From a virus, in IMG/VR virus record IMGVR_UViG_3300037423_000411, positions 1-64,000 of that record: a stretch of DNA of 64,000 bases, one strand, 5' to 3'. Shown piece after piece: positions 51,953 to 60,985 of the stretch; within the stretch, counting starts at the first letter, position 1; each line of letters opens with the position of its first letter. The notes under the pieces were generated by a model. That model saw nothing but the letters and a program-made list of their open reading frames with translations, was not told the origin of the DNA and did no database searches. Both the position numbers and the translations under genes were made by a program.

Positions 51953-53218
51953 TCATTCTTCCTCCTCATCACCACTCACCGACGACAGAAGGTCCCTCAG
52001 CGTCCCGAGATCGCTCTTCAGCTTCTCGTTGCGCTTCTCCGCACGCTCTGCCCTCGCCTGAGCCTCGTCAGCCATTTCCTCAGCCTCCAGGGCTGCCTGA
52101 CGCATCCGTGCGTACTCACCTCGGTCGACCAGGCTGCGAATCTTGTTGAGGATCTCCTCAGGTGTCTCCGGTTCGCGAGGTTCGCCGGTGCCCTGCTGAT
52201 CATGCACCCAGGTCAGAGAGCGTCGCGCCAGCTCGATGGCCAGTCCCTGCAGGTCCGACATATCGCCATCTTTGATGGCTACCAACAGCTCTTCGGCCAG
52301 TGACTCGACACGGTCTTCACGAGGGTTGTAGTCCTTCTCCTCGATCACCGCAGGCTCTTCACGCGTGAACGGCGCCTTGCTGTAAGCAGACTTGGTGTAG
52401 GTCGGGTCATCCACCAGTGGAATACCGGCGTCGGCCCAGTTGCCGACGACATCGACCTCGCCAGCACGAGTGTGCTTACGCCAGTGCGACGTAATCGAGT
52501 TCGGGTTGTCGCCACTGTAATCGCCGAACTTGCACACGTAATCGACTACGCCATCCGACCACTTCCGCTCGATGATGGTCTGGGACTCGTACGACTTGCC
52601 GGGCCGTGTGTCCGAGCCCTTGTTCTTGTGCGACAGATAGGGGTGCGAACTGACAATGTGTCGCTCTTCGGTAACGGCCTTCTTCGCCACCTGAGCTGCC
52701 TCCTGCTTCTCCTTGTGGTACTTGATCAGCTCTCCTGCAACCTCCTCGGCAGAGCCCTTGAATCCGATCTCGGTGATGTGATCGATTGCTTCGTTCACTT
52801 CTTCGGTGCTAAGACGCCGCAGTGGAATCACCAGGTGAGGCGGAAGATTTTCGATGATCTCCCTCACGTGCATCCCCACGGTGTCGAGCTTCCACTTGCC
52901 CTCAGGCACCAGCTCTGGATCAGGAATGCTCACTGAGCTTGTCATGGCTCCCTGCAAGGCTGCGACCATGACCGGGTCGCCGAACTTCCAGATCTTCTCC
53001 TTGAGCTGGTTCAGCGGACCTGACGCGTTTCTAGATGAACGTGAGAGATGGATAGGGCTACCACCCTGCTTTGCTCCACGGAGCGTCAGATTGCCGCGTG
53101 TAGCCTCGTGTCCCGTCCAACCAGCCGCCAGCGCGATCTTGATCAACTCCTGAGTCTCCTTACGGAAACCCTTCAAGTCGCGCGATGAGAGGTTATCGGC
53201 GGTTATGAGTCTTGCCAT
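51953..53218 (-). CDS. hypothetical protein: HicA-like N-terminus, Zn-finger-like middle, coiled-coil end
   Basis: ELIKIALAAGWTGHEATRGNLTL; YVCKFGDYSG...SHWRKHT; strong promoter TTGACA-17-TATAGT. Confidence 0.6.
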   Translation of the reverse strand: MARLITADNLSSRDLKGFRKETQELIKIALAAGWTGHEATRGNLTLRGAKQGGSPIHLSRSSRNASGPLNQLKEKIWKFGDPVMVAALQGAMTSSVSIPDPELVPEGKWKLDTVGMHVREIIENLPPHLVIPLRRLSTEEVNEAIDHITEIGFKGSAEEVAGELIKYHKEKQEAAQVAKKAVTEERHIVSSHPYLSHKNKGSDTRPGKSYESQTIIERKWSDGVVDYVCKFGDYSGDNPNSITSHWRKHTRAGEVDVVGNWADAGIPLVDDPTYTKSAYSKAPFTREEPAVIEEKDYNPREDRVESLAEELLVAIKDGDMSDLQGLAIELARRSLTWVHDQQGTGEPREPETPEEILNKIRSLVDRGEYARMRQAALEAEEMADEAQARAERAEKRNEKLKSDLGTLRDLLSSVSGDEEEE

Positions 53219-53336
53219 TCCAGCCTCCTTGAGGGTGTGAGAGTCCCTTCTGCTCGACTATACCTGGTTAGTTGACAACTGTCAACCAGCGGGACAGCAG
53301 GAAGCTTAGCGCGCTTCCTGCCATCCGTCACGTTTC

Positions 53337-54446
53337 TTACTCCACTGGCAGCCGATGACAGGCCTTGCACCGGCCCGTCGCCTGACCAGGCAGATCGCCG
53401 CCGATCTCCAGGAGACGATTGACCTCTTGGTGTGTCAGCTCAGGGTTGTTGGCGGCCTCGGTGATCGCCCCGAGTACGCCGTACATGGACAGATCCTCGG
53501 ACGCGTAGATGCCGTTGATGACGTCCTGCCGTACGGTCTTAGGTACCTTGTACTTCTCGAAAATCTCCCGCAGCGCCGTGTTGATCTCGCCTTCCAGGTT
53601 GATCGTCGTCAGCTTCGGGAGAGCGTCGAACTCGTGCTTCAGATCGTCGGCACCGGCGAACGCGTCTTCCAGCCACTGCAGAGCATCGTCTTCGGACGGC
53701 GTGCCCTTGCGCGAGTAGGCGCCAGTAGTCGAGTGCGAACTCGTGCAGCCTCCGTGATTGGACCAATCGAAGAGGTAGCCTCGCAGCCGCAGTGGTGCCG
53801 ACGCGGTCAACGAGTTCTGAACGTCCAGCCCGTACGACCACTGGTCGTTGGTATCGGTGACCTCGTTGTAGATGCTCGCGTACGGCTCAGTCATCACCAG
53901 CCGGTACTGCGTGAACCGGAGATCATGGTGATACTTGAAGTCGACCACGATGTCGTTGTCAATGATCCCGTACTTCTCGCACATCAAGTCGACGGCCTTG
54001 TGCAGGACCTTCACGTTGCTCACCGGAACAACACTGCCCTTGGTGAACGCGAGCCCCTTGCCATCGCTGTGCAACAGCTTGAAGGACTGTCCTGCCGTCC
54101 CGTGGCTGAACCAGTAGTTGAGGTGCTCGGCCATCATCGCGCCCGGTGTACGCATCGCATACTTGCGCGGGAGACCAATCATGCTGGTCGCCTGCAGAGC
54201 CGCGTCCTTGGTCAGTGAGTACGTCTCACCGAACATCTCGATCGTGGCTGACGTCTCGAACGTGCCCTCCTTCTCGCCCAGCTCGGCATTCCAGCCATTC
54301 GGAAGGGTGAACTCCACGTACTCCGTGCCGTCCGGCACGAACTGCACAGCACTCAAAGGCTCAGTCGTGCTGAGCGTGCCTTCGAGCTGCGACAGGCTCT
54401 TCATCCTGCTCAGCTGCTCGGACTCAATCAAAACTGCTCCGGACAC
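53337..54446 (-). CDS. DUF932-like phage protein
   Basis: LTKDAALQ..GLP, GLDVQNS, SMYGVLGAITEAA, EIGG patterns. Confidence 0.55.
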   Translation of the reverse strand: MSGAVLIESEQLSRMKSLSQLEGTLSTTEPLSAVQFVPDGTEYVEFTLPNGWNAELGEKEGTFETSATIEMFGETYSLTKDAALQATSMIGLPRKYAMRTPGAMMAEHLNYWFSHGTAGQSFKLLHSDGKGLAFTKGSVVPVSNVKVLHKAVDLMCEKYGIIDNDIVVDFKYHHDLRFTQYRLVMTEPYASIYNEVTDTNDQWSYGLDVQNSLTASAPLRLRGYLFDWSNHGGCTSSHSTTGAYSRKGTPSEDDALQWLEDAFAGADDLKHEFDALPKLTTINLEGEINTALREIFEKYKVPKTVRQDVINGIYASEDLSMYGVLGAITEAANNPELTHQEVNRLLEIGGDLPGQATGRCKACHRLPVE

Positions 54447-54820
54447 CCTCGCCTCGCTTTCCTGCTTGCGTACGTCGTGCAAGCACGACAAGTGCGCTTG
54501 CCTCGATAGACTCTCGTGTTTTCTTCGGTGTACTCGTGACCGCGAGGACAGTGCGTCTTGTTGGCGAACCCGTTGCGGCCCTTCATGTCACGATCTCGGT
54601 TGTTGTCTCCGACAGTGCCCTCCACCAGATGCTCAGGATTGACGCAAGGCGGATTGTCACAGGTGTGCATGATGCAGAGCCTGTAACCAGGCAAACGGCC
54701 ATGAGTGTCGATCCATACCAAGCGGTGAGCAAGCTGGACAACGGAACCGAAGCGACGCACCTTCACGATCCCGTATCCAGCCTTGTTTCGGTTGCCTTCC
54801 CACTCGATGCAATCGCTCAT
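54428..54820 (-). CDS. HNH endonuclease
   Basis: LAHRLVW, HTCDNPPCVNPEHL, DN; KTHCPRGH and CRAC Zn-binding tail. Confidence 0.9.
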   Translation of the reverse strand: MSDCIEWEGNRNKAGYGIVKVRRFGSVVQLAHRLVWIDTHGRLPGYRLCIMHTCDNPPCVNPEHLVEGTVGDNNRDRDMKGRNGFANKTHCPRGHEYTEENTRVYRGKRTCRACTTYASRKARRGCPEQF

Positions 54821-55509
54821 GCTGGTCGCGCCACCCAGCTGTAACCTTCCCCGTAAGGGATGTCGTCTCCGTGGACATAACCCACGGCCTCAAGCTCGTC
54901 CTCGACTTCCCTGCGGTTCTCAGGGCCTACGATGAAATCGTGCATCTCCACCAGTAGCGTGGGCTGAAACTCCATCAGCGTCTTACGAGCACCCTTCAGG
55001 ACCCGCTTCTCAGCTCCTTCCACATCGATCTTGATCATGTCGACGCGCGCCAGATCCTCGTGCTTGAGAAGCGTGTCAAGCTTGTCGGCCTGAACCGAAC
55101 CCCACTCAGCGGCAGGAATGCAGCGCCGTGAGCCGCCTGAAACCTTGTCGTTGGGGTCCACCATGTCGAGCCGTGTCTTCTTGTTCCAGGCAGCTGCGTT
55201 GATCGTCGTGATCTTCGATCCGAGATCGTTGAGGAGGATGTTCTTCTCCAACTTCTCCCACGTCGAGAAGTTGGCCTCGATCGCGATGACCTGCTCGGCC
55301 TTGCGTGCCAGCTCCAGCGCGTACAGACCCACATGAGCGCCGACATCAACGAACACCCCGCCCTTGGGGAACGCGAACAACGCCATGTTCACGATGCCCA
55401 TCTCGTGCCCGAGGATAGGAAGATGATCGTCGGTTTCCGGGCCTTCGTAGTGCCACTTCAGCCCTGTGGGGCCTACGGCAACGGTTCCCGGTAGCAACTT
55501 CTCAGTCAT
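54817..55509 (-). CDS. FkbM-family SAM-dependent methyltransferase
   Basis: FVDVGAHVG, AIEA, MIKIDVEGAE, LLVEMH. Confidence 0.9.
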   Translation of the reverse strand: MTEKLLPGTVAVGPTGLKWHYEGPETDDHLPILGHEMGIVNMALFAFPKGGVFVDVGAHVGLYALELARKAEQVIAIEANFSTWEKLEKNILLNDLGSKITTINAAAWNKKTRLDMVDPNDKVSGGSRRCIPAAEWGSVQADKLDTLLKHEDLARVDMIKIDVEGAEKRVLKGARKTLMEFQPTLLVEMHDFIVGPENRREVEDELEAVGYVHGDDIPYGEGYSWVARPA

Positions 55510-55734
55510 CTTCCACTCCCACATCAACGAGCTGAGCATCATAAGGAAGCTTCAAGTCAGGAGCTACCAGAGGCTCGAACGCCACCACGGGAACCTGCAT
55601 CGTCACCCTGACAGCCCTAGCGTGCTTGGGCTTCTTCTGTGTGAACCCCACGACCTTCGCGCCAATCACTTCGTAGTCGTCCCAGATCGGTTCGATGTGC
55701 AGATACACGCTGACCGTTACGTAACCAGGCGCTG

Positions 55735-56991
55735 TCACATCAGCTCACCTGTCTTCATGTTCACCTTGTTGCCTCCCTCAGGAACGTCCAGGAAGTCGGA
55801 CACGTCCTGCTCTTCGTCGTCCAGCTCCTGTGACTCAGCGACAGACAGTTCCGTGACATCACCAGCGATCTCGACACCGAACTTGTCGTACTTGGACCCG
55901 TCGACCTTCTCCATGCCCTTCTGAGCCAGCACCTCTACGGCCTTGGCTTCCAGCGTCTTCAGCCAGTCGGTCCGGTACTCCAGAGCTTCCAGCTGCTTGC
56001 TCTCACCCTTCGGCACGTCGAAAGGAGGAGCTAACTCGTTCGGGTACTTGTAAACCCCCGCGCTGGCCTTGACGATGCCTTGAGCAACCAGGTAGCTCAG
56101 TACCGCGTGAGGCTGTGAGAACCCCTTGCCGAAGCGCACCCGCAGCTCAGCTGTGCGGAACGGATCGCCCACCTTGTTCTTGAGCACCGTGACCTTGGTC
56201 CGCACCGACGTCGTCAGGTTCTCTTCCTGCTCGGTGAGTTCGTTCTCACCCTTCTCCTTAACGTTACCGATCTGCTGGAACTCCATCCGGAGCGAGCCGT
56301 AGAAGGGGAGAGCCTTGCCGCCAGGAGAGGTCTTCTGCTTGATCCCTTGAGCCGCCATGCGCTGACCCATCGGGGTGAGATCTGCTTTGTCCATGACATG
56401 GTTCAGGAAGACAGCCGCGCAATCGGTCTGCTGCAGCTTGCCTACGATCTGACGGCAGAACTGGTGCATGAGCTTGGCTCGCTCCATGACCTCGGCCGTA
56501 CCGGTGTCGGACTCGATCTCGCGCTTGGTCACCATCGACGCCACCGAGTCGAAGATGCCCATTCCAAGCTCTCCGGTGTCGAGAAGCTTCCGGAACAGGT
56601 TCGCTCCGTGCTCGAAGTTCTTGGGCCAGAGGTAGATGAACGAAGGGTCCTTCGTGTCGATGCCGAGCGCCTGTGCGTAGTCCTTGTCGAGTGCGTACTC
56701 GTAGTCCACGAACATCACATAGCCACCAGCCTGCTGCAGCTTCGCAGCGGTCTGCAATGCACACGTGGTCTTGCCGCTCGACGGCGGACCGATCAGCTCG
56801 GTGATACGTCCCTTCGGGAGCCCTCCGACGCCCGTCACAGCGTCCAGCAGGAGGTTGCCCGTAGTGAGACCCTCAACCGGCTTGAACTCCTCCAGGACGC
56901 CGATAGGCTCCTTGTCCTTACCCGTACGCAGCTGAGTCAGCGTCTCCGCAAGCGTGAGCTTCTTCGGCTCGGCTTTCTTCTTAGGTGGCAC
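55735..56991 (-). CDS. recA: RecA-family recombinase
   Basis: GGLPKGRITELIGPPSSGKTT, FDSVA, PGGKALPFY, KNKV. Confidence 0.95.
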   Translation of the reverse strand: MPPKKKAEPKKLTLAETLTQLRTGKDKEPIGVLEEFKPVEGLTTGNLLLDAVTGVGGLPKGRITELIGPPSSGKTTCALQTAAKLQQAGGYVMFVDYEYALDKDYAQALGIDTKDPSFIYLWPKNFEHGANLFRKLLDTGELGMGIFDSVASMVTKREIESDTGTAEVMERAKLMHQFCRQIVGKLQQTDCAAVFLNHVMDKADLTPMGQRMAAQGIKQKTSPGGKALPFYGSLRMEFQQIGNVKEKGENELTEQEENLTTSVRTKVTVLKNKVGDPFRTAELRVRFGKGFSQPHAVLSYLVAQGIVKASAGVYKYPNELAPPFDVPKGESKQLEALEYRTDWLKTLEAKAVEVLAQKGMEKVDGSKYDKFGVEIAGDVTELSVAESQELDDEEQDVSDFLDVPEGGNKVNMKTGELM

Positions 56992-57092
56992 CCTCAATCC
57001 CTTCGTCTGGTGAGAGGCGCGAAGAACCAGGGCTTACGCCGCCGTTGAATGGCCTCTCATCACACGTACGGACTTCGGAGACAAGATCTGCA

Positions 57093-57136
57093 CAGAGGCG
57101 AATGCCTTAGGGGTGACGCTCCTTGTATGGCCTCTG
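57093..57136 (-). ncRNA. variant TIGR-like unit upstream of the recA promoter
   Basis: CAGAGG-CCA-TACAAGGAG-CG-TCACC-CCT-AAGGCATT-CG-CCTCTG. Confidence 0.65.
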
Positions 57137-57191
57137 AACAGCACAACACCCCCGCAGCGTCCATTACGGGGGTGTTGAGTCTTGTTGAGGA

Positions 57192-57483
57192 CTACGCGTA
57201 CTGCTTGGCGGCCTTCTTCAGCTCCTTCGCCGCGCCCTCCAGGGCCTCGGCGACGTCGGTGCCGACGACCTTCTTGTGCGAAGCCGCCTGCTTGACCGCG
57301 TCCCGCGCTGCGTTGAGGCGCTCGACCTTCTCCTCCGAGGTGAGACCGGAACGTCCCTGCAGCTCCTGCAGAGCCTCCTCCAGCGCCGCCGACGCCTTCT
57401 TGGACTCGACCTTGTAGCGAGCGTTCTGGATCGTGCTCTGCGCCGACTTGCGGAGATCGCGGCCCTTGCTGCTTCCGTACAAA
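57192..57483 (-). CDS. basic helical protein
   Basis: Class I promoter, CTCTCAC and GGAGG upstream; start approximate. Confidence 0.55.
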
Positions 57484-57607
57484 ACTGCCTCCGTGGTTGT
57501 GAGAGCCTTCATGCTCTTCGGTTGACTTGCAGACGACCTTACGGGGGTCAAGTTACAGCTGTCAACTCGGTCAGCCGTTTGAAAAAAAGTTCCTCTGGAC
57601 AGAGCAA

Positions 57608-57675
57608 GAGCCCTGACAGAACCGCTGCTCTCACACAGCGCCGCCGGAATTGACGGTCACGTTCTATCAGGGCTC
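57608..57675. ncRNA. three-way-junction RNA candidate
   Basis: 15-bp outer stem plus two inner hairpins; one minus-strand loop reads UGUGAGAG. Confidence 0.55.
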
Positions 57676-57755
57676 CGGGTCGGAGGCAGTTGACCCACAG
57701 ACTCGGAGAGTCTGCTGCTGGGGCACGAGGGTGTGTCCGCGCGCTGTTGACAACG

Positions 57756-58376
57756 TTACGCTTCGGCGCCCTCGGCCGTCAATTGCAGCACGCTAGCTGT
57801 CAGTTCTTTGCACGCTTGCGCATAGGTTTTTTCCCATGACTTAGGCGCGGTGCCTACTTCATGCGTGACGAAGCGCACAGACCTCGTACGACCCGCCAAA
57901 CACCGGATAGAAACCCAGCCGATGGCATGTGAGTCCACGTCCATCAGATGAATGTCGCGCTCACGCAGCTGCATCGTCTCTGCTGAGGTGAGTTCCATGT
58001 TGTCGCCTGAAGCTATCCCTGACGGTGGCAGTCCTGCGAGCTTGACCACCGGCTGAGGCTCAAGGCCTCGCGCCTTCAGCTCAGCCGGTGTCATGTCCCT
58101 GTCAAGCGCGTAGAACGGCTCTACCGTCAGGCCTACGAACGTCCACTCCGACGTCTGAGCTAACCCCACACTGATGACCTGAGGAGGCTGTGTACGGCTT
58201 CCTGACCTCAGTGAGGACGAGAGATACCCGGCCAGCACAGTTGCTGCTGGCACCTTCCCTGAGCCTGTCTTGAGGAGCTTCAGCTGACCTGACCGCAGCT
58301 GCTTGCTCCGCTGGACGTTGATCAACTGCGTATCCAGCTCACGATCGTCGGAGTAGACAACTACAAATCCAGCCAT
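57756..58376 (-). CDS. divergent MTA/SAH nucleosidase / nucleoside phosphorylase-fold protein
   Basis: TGSGKVPAA, VISVGLA, GIASGD, LMDVDSHAIG in the expected order. Confidence 0.6.
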   Translation of the reverse strand: MAGFVVVYSDDRELDTQLINVQRSKQLRSGQLKLLKTGSGKVPAATVLAGYLSSSLRSGSRTQPPQVISVGLAQTSEWTFVGLTVEPFYALDRDMTPAELKARGLEPQPVVKLAGLPPSGIASGDNMELTSAETMQLRERDIHLMDVDSHAIGWVSIRCLAGRTRSVRFVTHEVGTAPKSWEKTYAQACKELTASVLQLTAEGAEA

Positions 58377-58879
58377 CCAGCCTCCTCCGAGAGAGCTGTC
58401 ACACGAATGATCGCGCCCTCCCGCTCCCCGTAGACCTTCTGAGACGGTCCGACGCGTACAGCTAGAGCGTCGTCCTTCCACACACCGGCAGCCGTCAGTG
58501 CGTCAAACGTCGACCGGAACAGCTTATCGATATCGCCCTTGGAATGATTGGTGACGTAAAACGGAGCGTCGTCTTTCAGGAGATGTGCATTACGGCCAGT
58601 GCGATAGTGCGCCTTCGGCCGTTTGAAGATGAAGGTGATCGCGATCTCACAAGGCCCTTCCCACGGAACCCAACCGTCACCCACCTCCTCCTCGGCGGCC
58701 TTCTTCACGTCGGTACGCCAGGAGGAGACCTTCGCGGAGTTCTCCGACATGGCAACCTGACCCGTGTACTCGCCAGCCTTCTTGATCGCCCAGCCTCGCT
58801 TGCTGCCCTGAGCACCTGGGGTGCCGAACACCCGGAAGGACACGTCGAACCCGGTCATCGGGTCAGGTTGCACTGTCAT
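58361..58879 (-). CDS. RusA-like Holliday junction resolvase
   Basis: PGAQGSKR, RPKAHY, DIDKL..STFDAL, VWKDDA. Confidence 0.88.
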   Translation of the reverse strand: MTVQPDPMTGFDVSFRVFGTPGAQGSKRGWAIKKAGEYTGQVAMSENSAKVSSWRTDVKKAAEEEVGDGWVPWEGPCEIAITFIFKRPKAHYRTGRNAHLLKDDAPFYVTNHSKGDIDKLFRSTFDALTAAGVWKDDALAVRVGPSQKVYGEREGAIIRVTALSEEAGWLDL

Positions 58880-59880
58880 CAGAGATCCAGAATGTCCTGC
58901 AGAGACATCATGGCGTCGGCCTTCTTCGGCTCGTCCTTCTGCTCCTGCGGCAACGGAGCTGCGAACTCGGCCAACGGGTCAGCCGAACTGCCAGGGGTAG
59001 GATCCGGGGCCTCGGTCACTGCAGGCGTCGGAACAGTGTCCTGCACCTTCGGCTCTTCCTTGACAGGCGTGTCACCGAGCAGACTCGACACGTCGACAGC
59101 AGGAGCAACGTCGATGATCGTACCGTCAACCTTCCGGCCCATCGCGATCTCGTACCGCGACAGCACACGGCTGAGGTCCTCTTCGACCTGCTCACGCGTA
59201 AGACGGCGACCGAGAGCCGCGTCCAGGTTCTCCAACTTGTTGTTCTTGTACGCGAGCTTGACCTGTTCCATGCGAGCATCCGACTTCTGCCACTCGCACT
59301 CACCGGCCATGTTGATGTCGTACTTCTGGTACTGCTTGCTTTCGCACGGGCCGATGTTCAGGTCCCGCGTCTGCAGGTTGCCCCACTCCTTGGTGAGATC
59401 GATCAGCGTGTTGAACCGGGAGTCGGTGAACGACCACGTAACGATCTCGATGTTGAACGGGTCCTGAATCAGGAACGAGCCGACCTGCGTCTTGTATCGC
59501 AGGATGTTCATCGCGAAGCGTCGCTGCGGACCCTGAACAGCATCCGACTCCTTCGACGCCTTGCAGACCGGGCAGTTCTGCACGTCCACGCCCTGGTCGG
59601 CCAGGATGTTGATGTCACCGACACAGATGTGCTGACCGATGAAGTCGGTCTTCATGACCTCACGGGCTTCGGTGCTGCCGTCCTTGTTCCTGAAGTTCTG
59701 CGTCTCCATGACGGCCTTGCCGTTCACGATCTGAGGAGCGCGCAGCGTGTGAACGAACTGGTACTCAGGCTCACCCTCGATGCAGGAGACACGAGCGCGC
59801 TCGCCCTTCTCCAAGCTGAACTTGTTGAAGTCGTACTGCGACTTCACCCGATTCTCGTCCGTGAAGGTCATCTTCGGCAT
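58879..59880 (-). CDS. single-stranded DNA-binding protein (gp32-like)
   Basis: H..C...CPVC Zn ligands, RFAMNI, QKYDI, acidic Pro-rich tail ending LQDILDL. Confidence 0.7.
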   Translation of the reverse strand: MPKMTFTDENRVKSQYDFNKFSLEKGERARVSCIEGEPEYQFVHTLRAPQIVNGKAVMETQNFRNKDGSTEAREVMKTDFIGQHICVGDINILADQGVDVQNCPVCKASKESDAVQGPQRRFAMNILRYKTQVGSFLIQDPFNIEIVTWSFTDSRFNTLIDLTKEWGNLQTRDLNIGPCESKQYQKYDINMAGECEWQKSDARMEQVKLAYKNNKLENLDAALGRRLTREQVEEDLSRVLSRYEIAMGRKVDGTIIDVAPAVDVSSLLGDTPVKEEPKVQDTVPTPAVTEAPDPTPGSSADPLAEFAAPLPQEQKDEPKKADAMMSLQDILDL

Positions 59881-60478
59881 GTACGTATCCTCGATCTGTC
59901 TGAAAGGCGGGACTCGCCTTAGGTCGAATTCACTTATACGTACGGCGATCTGATCTTGTTACGACGCACCCAGCCGAGAAATTCCTGTCACCGTGACCTT
60001 GTTCACCGGCGTGATCATCTCGATCAGGTTCCGCATCTCCTGCTTGGAGACATCACCTTCGCAGTACTTGCCCAGCTCAATCATCGTCAGCTGTGCATCC
60101 TTGATCTCCTTGTCCGTCAGCTCACGGACAGGTGACGCGTCGCTTCCCAAGTTGTCCACCCTCATACCTCCGTCGTTCCTGTGTCTCGGTAGTCGTTCCA
60201 GCCCTCAGGACGTGGCTCCAGCTCAGCCTGCTCCACGATCTCGGACTGACGCTCGGCCAGTAGGAGACGCTCCTGAGCCTCCTTGTCGTCCTGGTTGTTC
60301 CCCCGAACCTCGTAAGCGTTCTTCGGCATGCGCTCAGTGGCCTTGAGCAACTCGATACGCTGCTTCGCCTCCCAGCAGTTGTGGTGATAGGCGGCCTTGA
60401 GCTTGCCGTTGTCGAAGACGATCTTCGCCCGACGTTCTTCTGTTCCCTTGGCGATACCTCTACGGCACTGGAAGCACT

Positions 60479-60985
60479 TCAACGGTCCAAGCCTCCTTCC
60501 AATGTGATCATCCGTAGACGTGTCTCCACGTCCCTTCTAGACCCCTCCATGCCTCTGTAGAGGGTCCTGACGTACTCCAGCGCCTCGCTGATCTCTGCTC
60601 GCTGACGCGTCGCCTTCCGCAGCGCGATCTTCTGATCGATGGTGTGCAGGTTCAGCCGTGCGTTCCGCTCTTTGGCCGTGCTGTACTCCTCGACGGCCCC
60701 TGCCTTCTTCACAGCCTGCGCTTCGGCGTCTTCCAGCTCTGCTGCCAGATCCTGTTCCGCGATCTGAGCACGCGTGTGCAGGCGTGCCAGCTGAGCCATG
60801 AAGGTCTCGGTCCTGTCCATCGCCTGCCGGTTCTTCACCAGCTGCTTGTGCAGGTCCGCAGGGCTACCGTCCAGCTCTCCGACGCCCACCTGAGCACGTA
60901 GATCCGAGACCGTCAGGATCGCGTGCTTCAGAGCTTCAGGCAGCTCTTCGCTGAGGCTCTTCAACAAGCCTGAAAGATCGCTCAT
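60479..60985 (-). CDS. coiled-coil protein
   Basis: All-helical 168-aa ORF within the replication cluster. Confidence 0.55.
   Translation of the reverse strand: MSDLSGLLKSLSEELPEALKHAILTVSDLRAQVGVGELDGSPADLHKQLVKNRQAMDRTETFMAQLARLHTRAQIAEQDLAAELEDAEAQAVKKAGAVEEYSTAKERNARLNLHTIDQKIALRKATRQRAEISEALEYVRTLYRGMEGSRRDVETRLRMITLEGGLDR

Noticed and set aside
54428-54820. HNH as intron-encoded enzyme or Tas nuclease partner
   Set aside because: Free-standing between intact genes, no flanking intron sequence, and about 8 kb from the tas gene
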